A DNA stretch of 64,000 bases from Treponema sp. GTDB taxonomy: Bacteria; Spirochaetota; Spirochaetia; Treponematales; Breznakiellaceae. Within the stretch, counting starts at the first letter, position 1, and every line of letters starts with the position of its first letter. Below the pieces are notes generated by a model. That model was not told the origin of the DNA, searched no databases, and worked only from the letters and a program-made list of their open reading frames with translations. A program made the position numbers and the translations under genes. Of this stretch, positions 63,858 to 64,000 are shown one piece after another. Location of the stretch: NCBI GenBank assembly GCA_009782955.1, contig WRIB01000002.1:1441-65440 (forward strand), given 5' to 3'.

Positions 63858-64000
63858 ATTACACAGAAATTAATACTTGTGGATATTGACGGTACACTGA
63901 CAGATGTAGATGGTTCTGTTCCGCCTTCAGCATTAACCGCCTGCCGGGAAGCCCGCAGGAAGGGCCATATTTTGTTTATCTGTTCGGGCCGTACCCGCGC
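63858..64000 (+). CDS. HAD-superfamily (Cof-like, IIB) hydrolase, N-terminal fragment; runs off the right edge
   Basis: Translation reads ...LILVDIDGTLTDVDGSVPPSALTACREARRKGHILFICSGRTR (DxDGT motif I, SGR motif II). The start codon is uncertain: there is no in-frame ATG. Candidates are ATT 63858, 7 nt after GAGGA, or GTG 63879. Confidence 0.6.
   Translation, partial: MTQKLILVDIDGTLTDVDGSVPPSALTACREARRKGHILFICSGRTR

Overview
This is a 64 kb bacterial chromosomal segment with dense coding on both strands and no rRNA, tRNA, CRISPR array, transposase or integrase that I could see. Gene content suggests a spirochaete, possibly Treponema-like. The hints are arrays of BspA-type leucine-rich-repeat (LRR) surface proteins, many small lipoproteins with relaxed lipoboxes, PFOR, a PilZ protein and HPt/hybrid-kinase signalling; this is inference, at low confidence. 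The core genes present are:
- the mutS2-rsgA-murI operon
- MTA phosphorylase
- icd and PFOR (nifJ)
- mazG, pth, purD, proC and infA
- Hsp20, an HtrA-like protease and a MATE pump
- a ribose-type ABC transporter

The main accessory region is a roughly 7.7 kb, visibly A+T-rich island at about 17.0-24.7 kb, sitting between a macro-domain gene and icd. It carries:
- a Type III restriction-modification (R-M) pair (mod-res)
- a divergent XRE regulator
- a HigB toxin with a HigA-ImmA/IrrE fusion antitoxin and a perfect palindromic operator
- an orphan MntA-like minimal nucleotidyltransferase, with no HEPN partner, followed by a 356-aa DUF4062 (TIR-like) protein whose C-terminal half is unassigned

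I rank the MNT + DUF4062 pair as the best candidate for an undescribed defence or toxin-antitoxin (TA) like system.

Other non-obvious signals:
- Two homologous PIN-like gene pairs are each bracketed by direct repeats, one a 40-bp promoter duplicate and the other about 100 bp.
- A structured GC-hairpin repeat family occurs in two copies with pairing-preserving differences.
- A second hairpin family is built on GTTCCAAAA.
- A recurrent TATACT-N6-9-ATG arrangement without Shine-Dalgarno sequences sits at about a dozen operon heads, which would fit leaderless mRNAs.
- A sigma28-type promoter precedes an orphan small ORF.
- A five-gene operon combines four lipoproteins with an AAA+ ATPase.

All functional calls rest on motifs read from the supplied translations and recalled family signatures. 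No database search was run.
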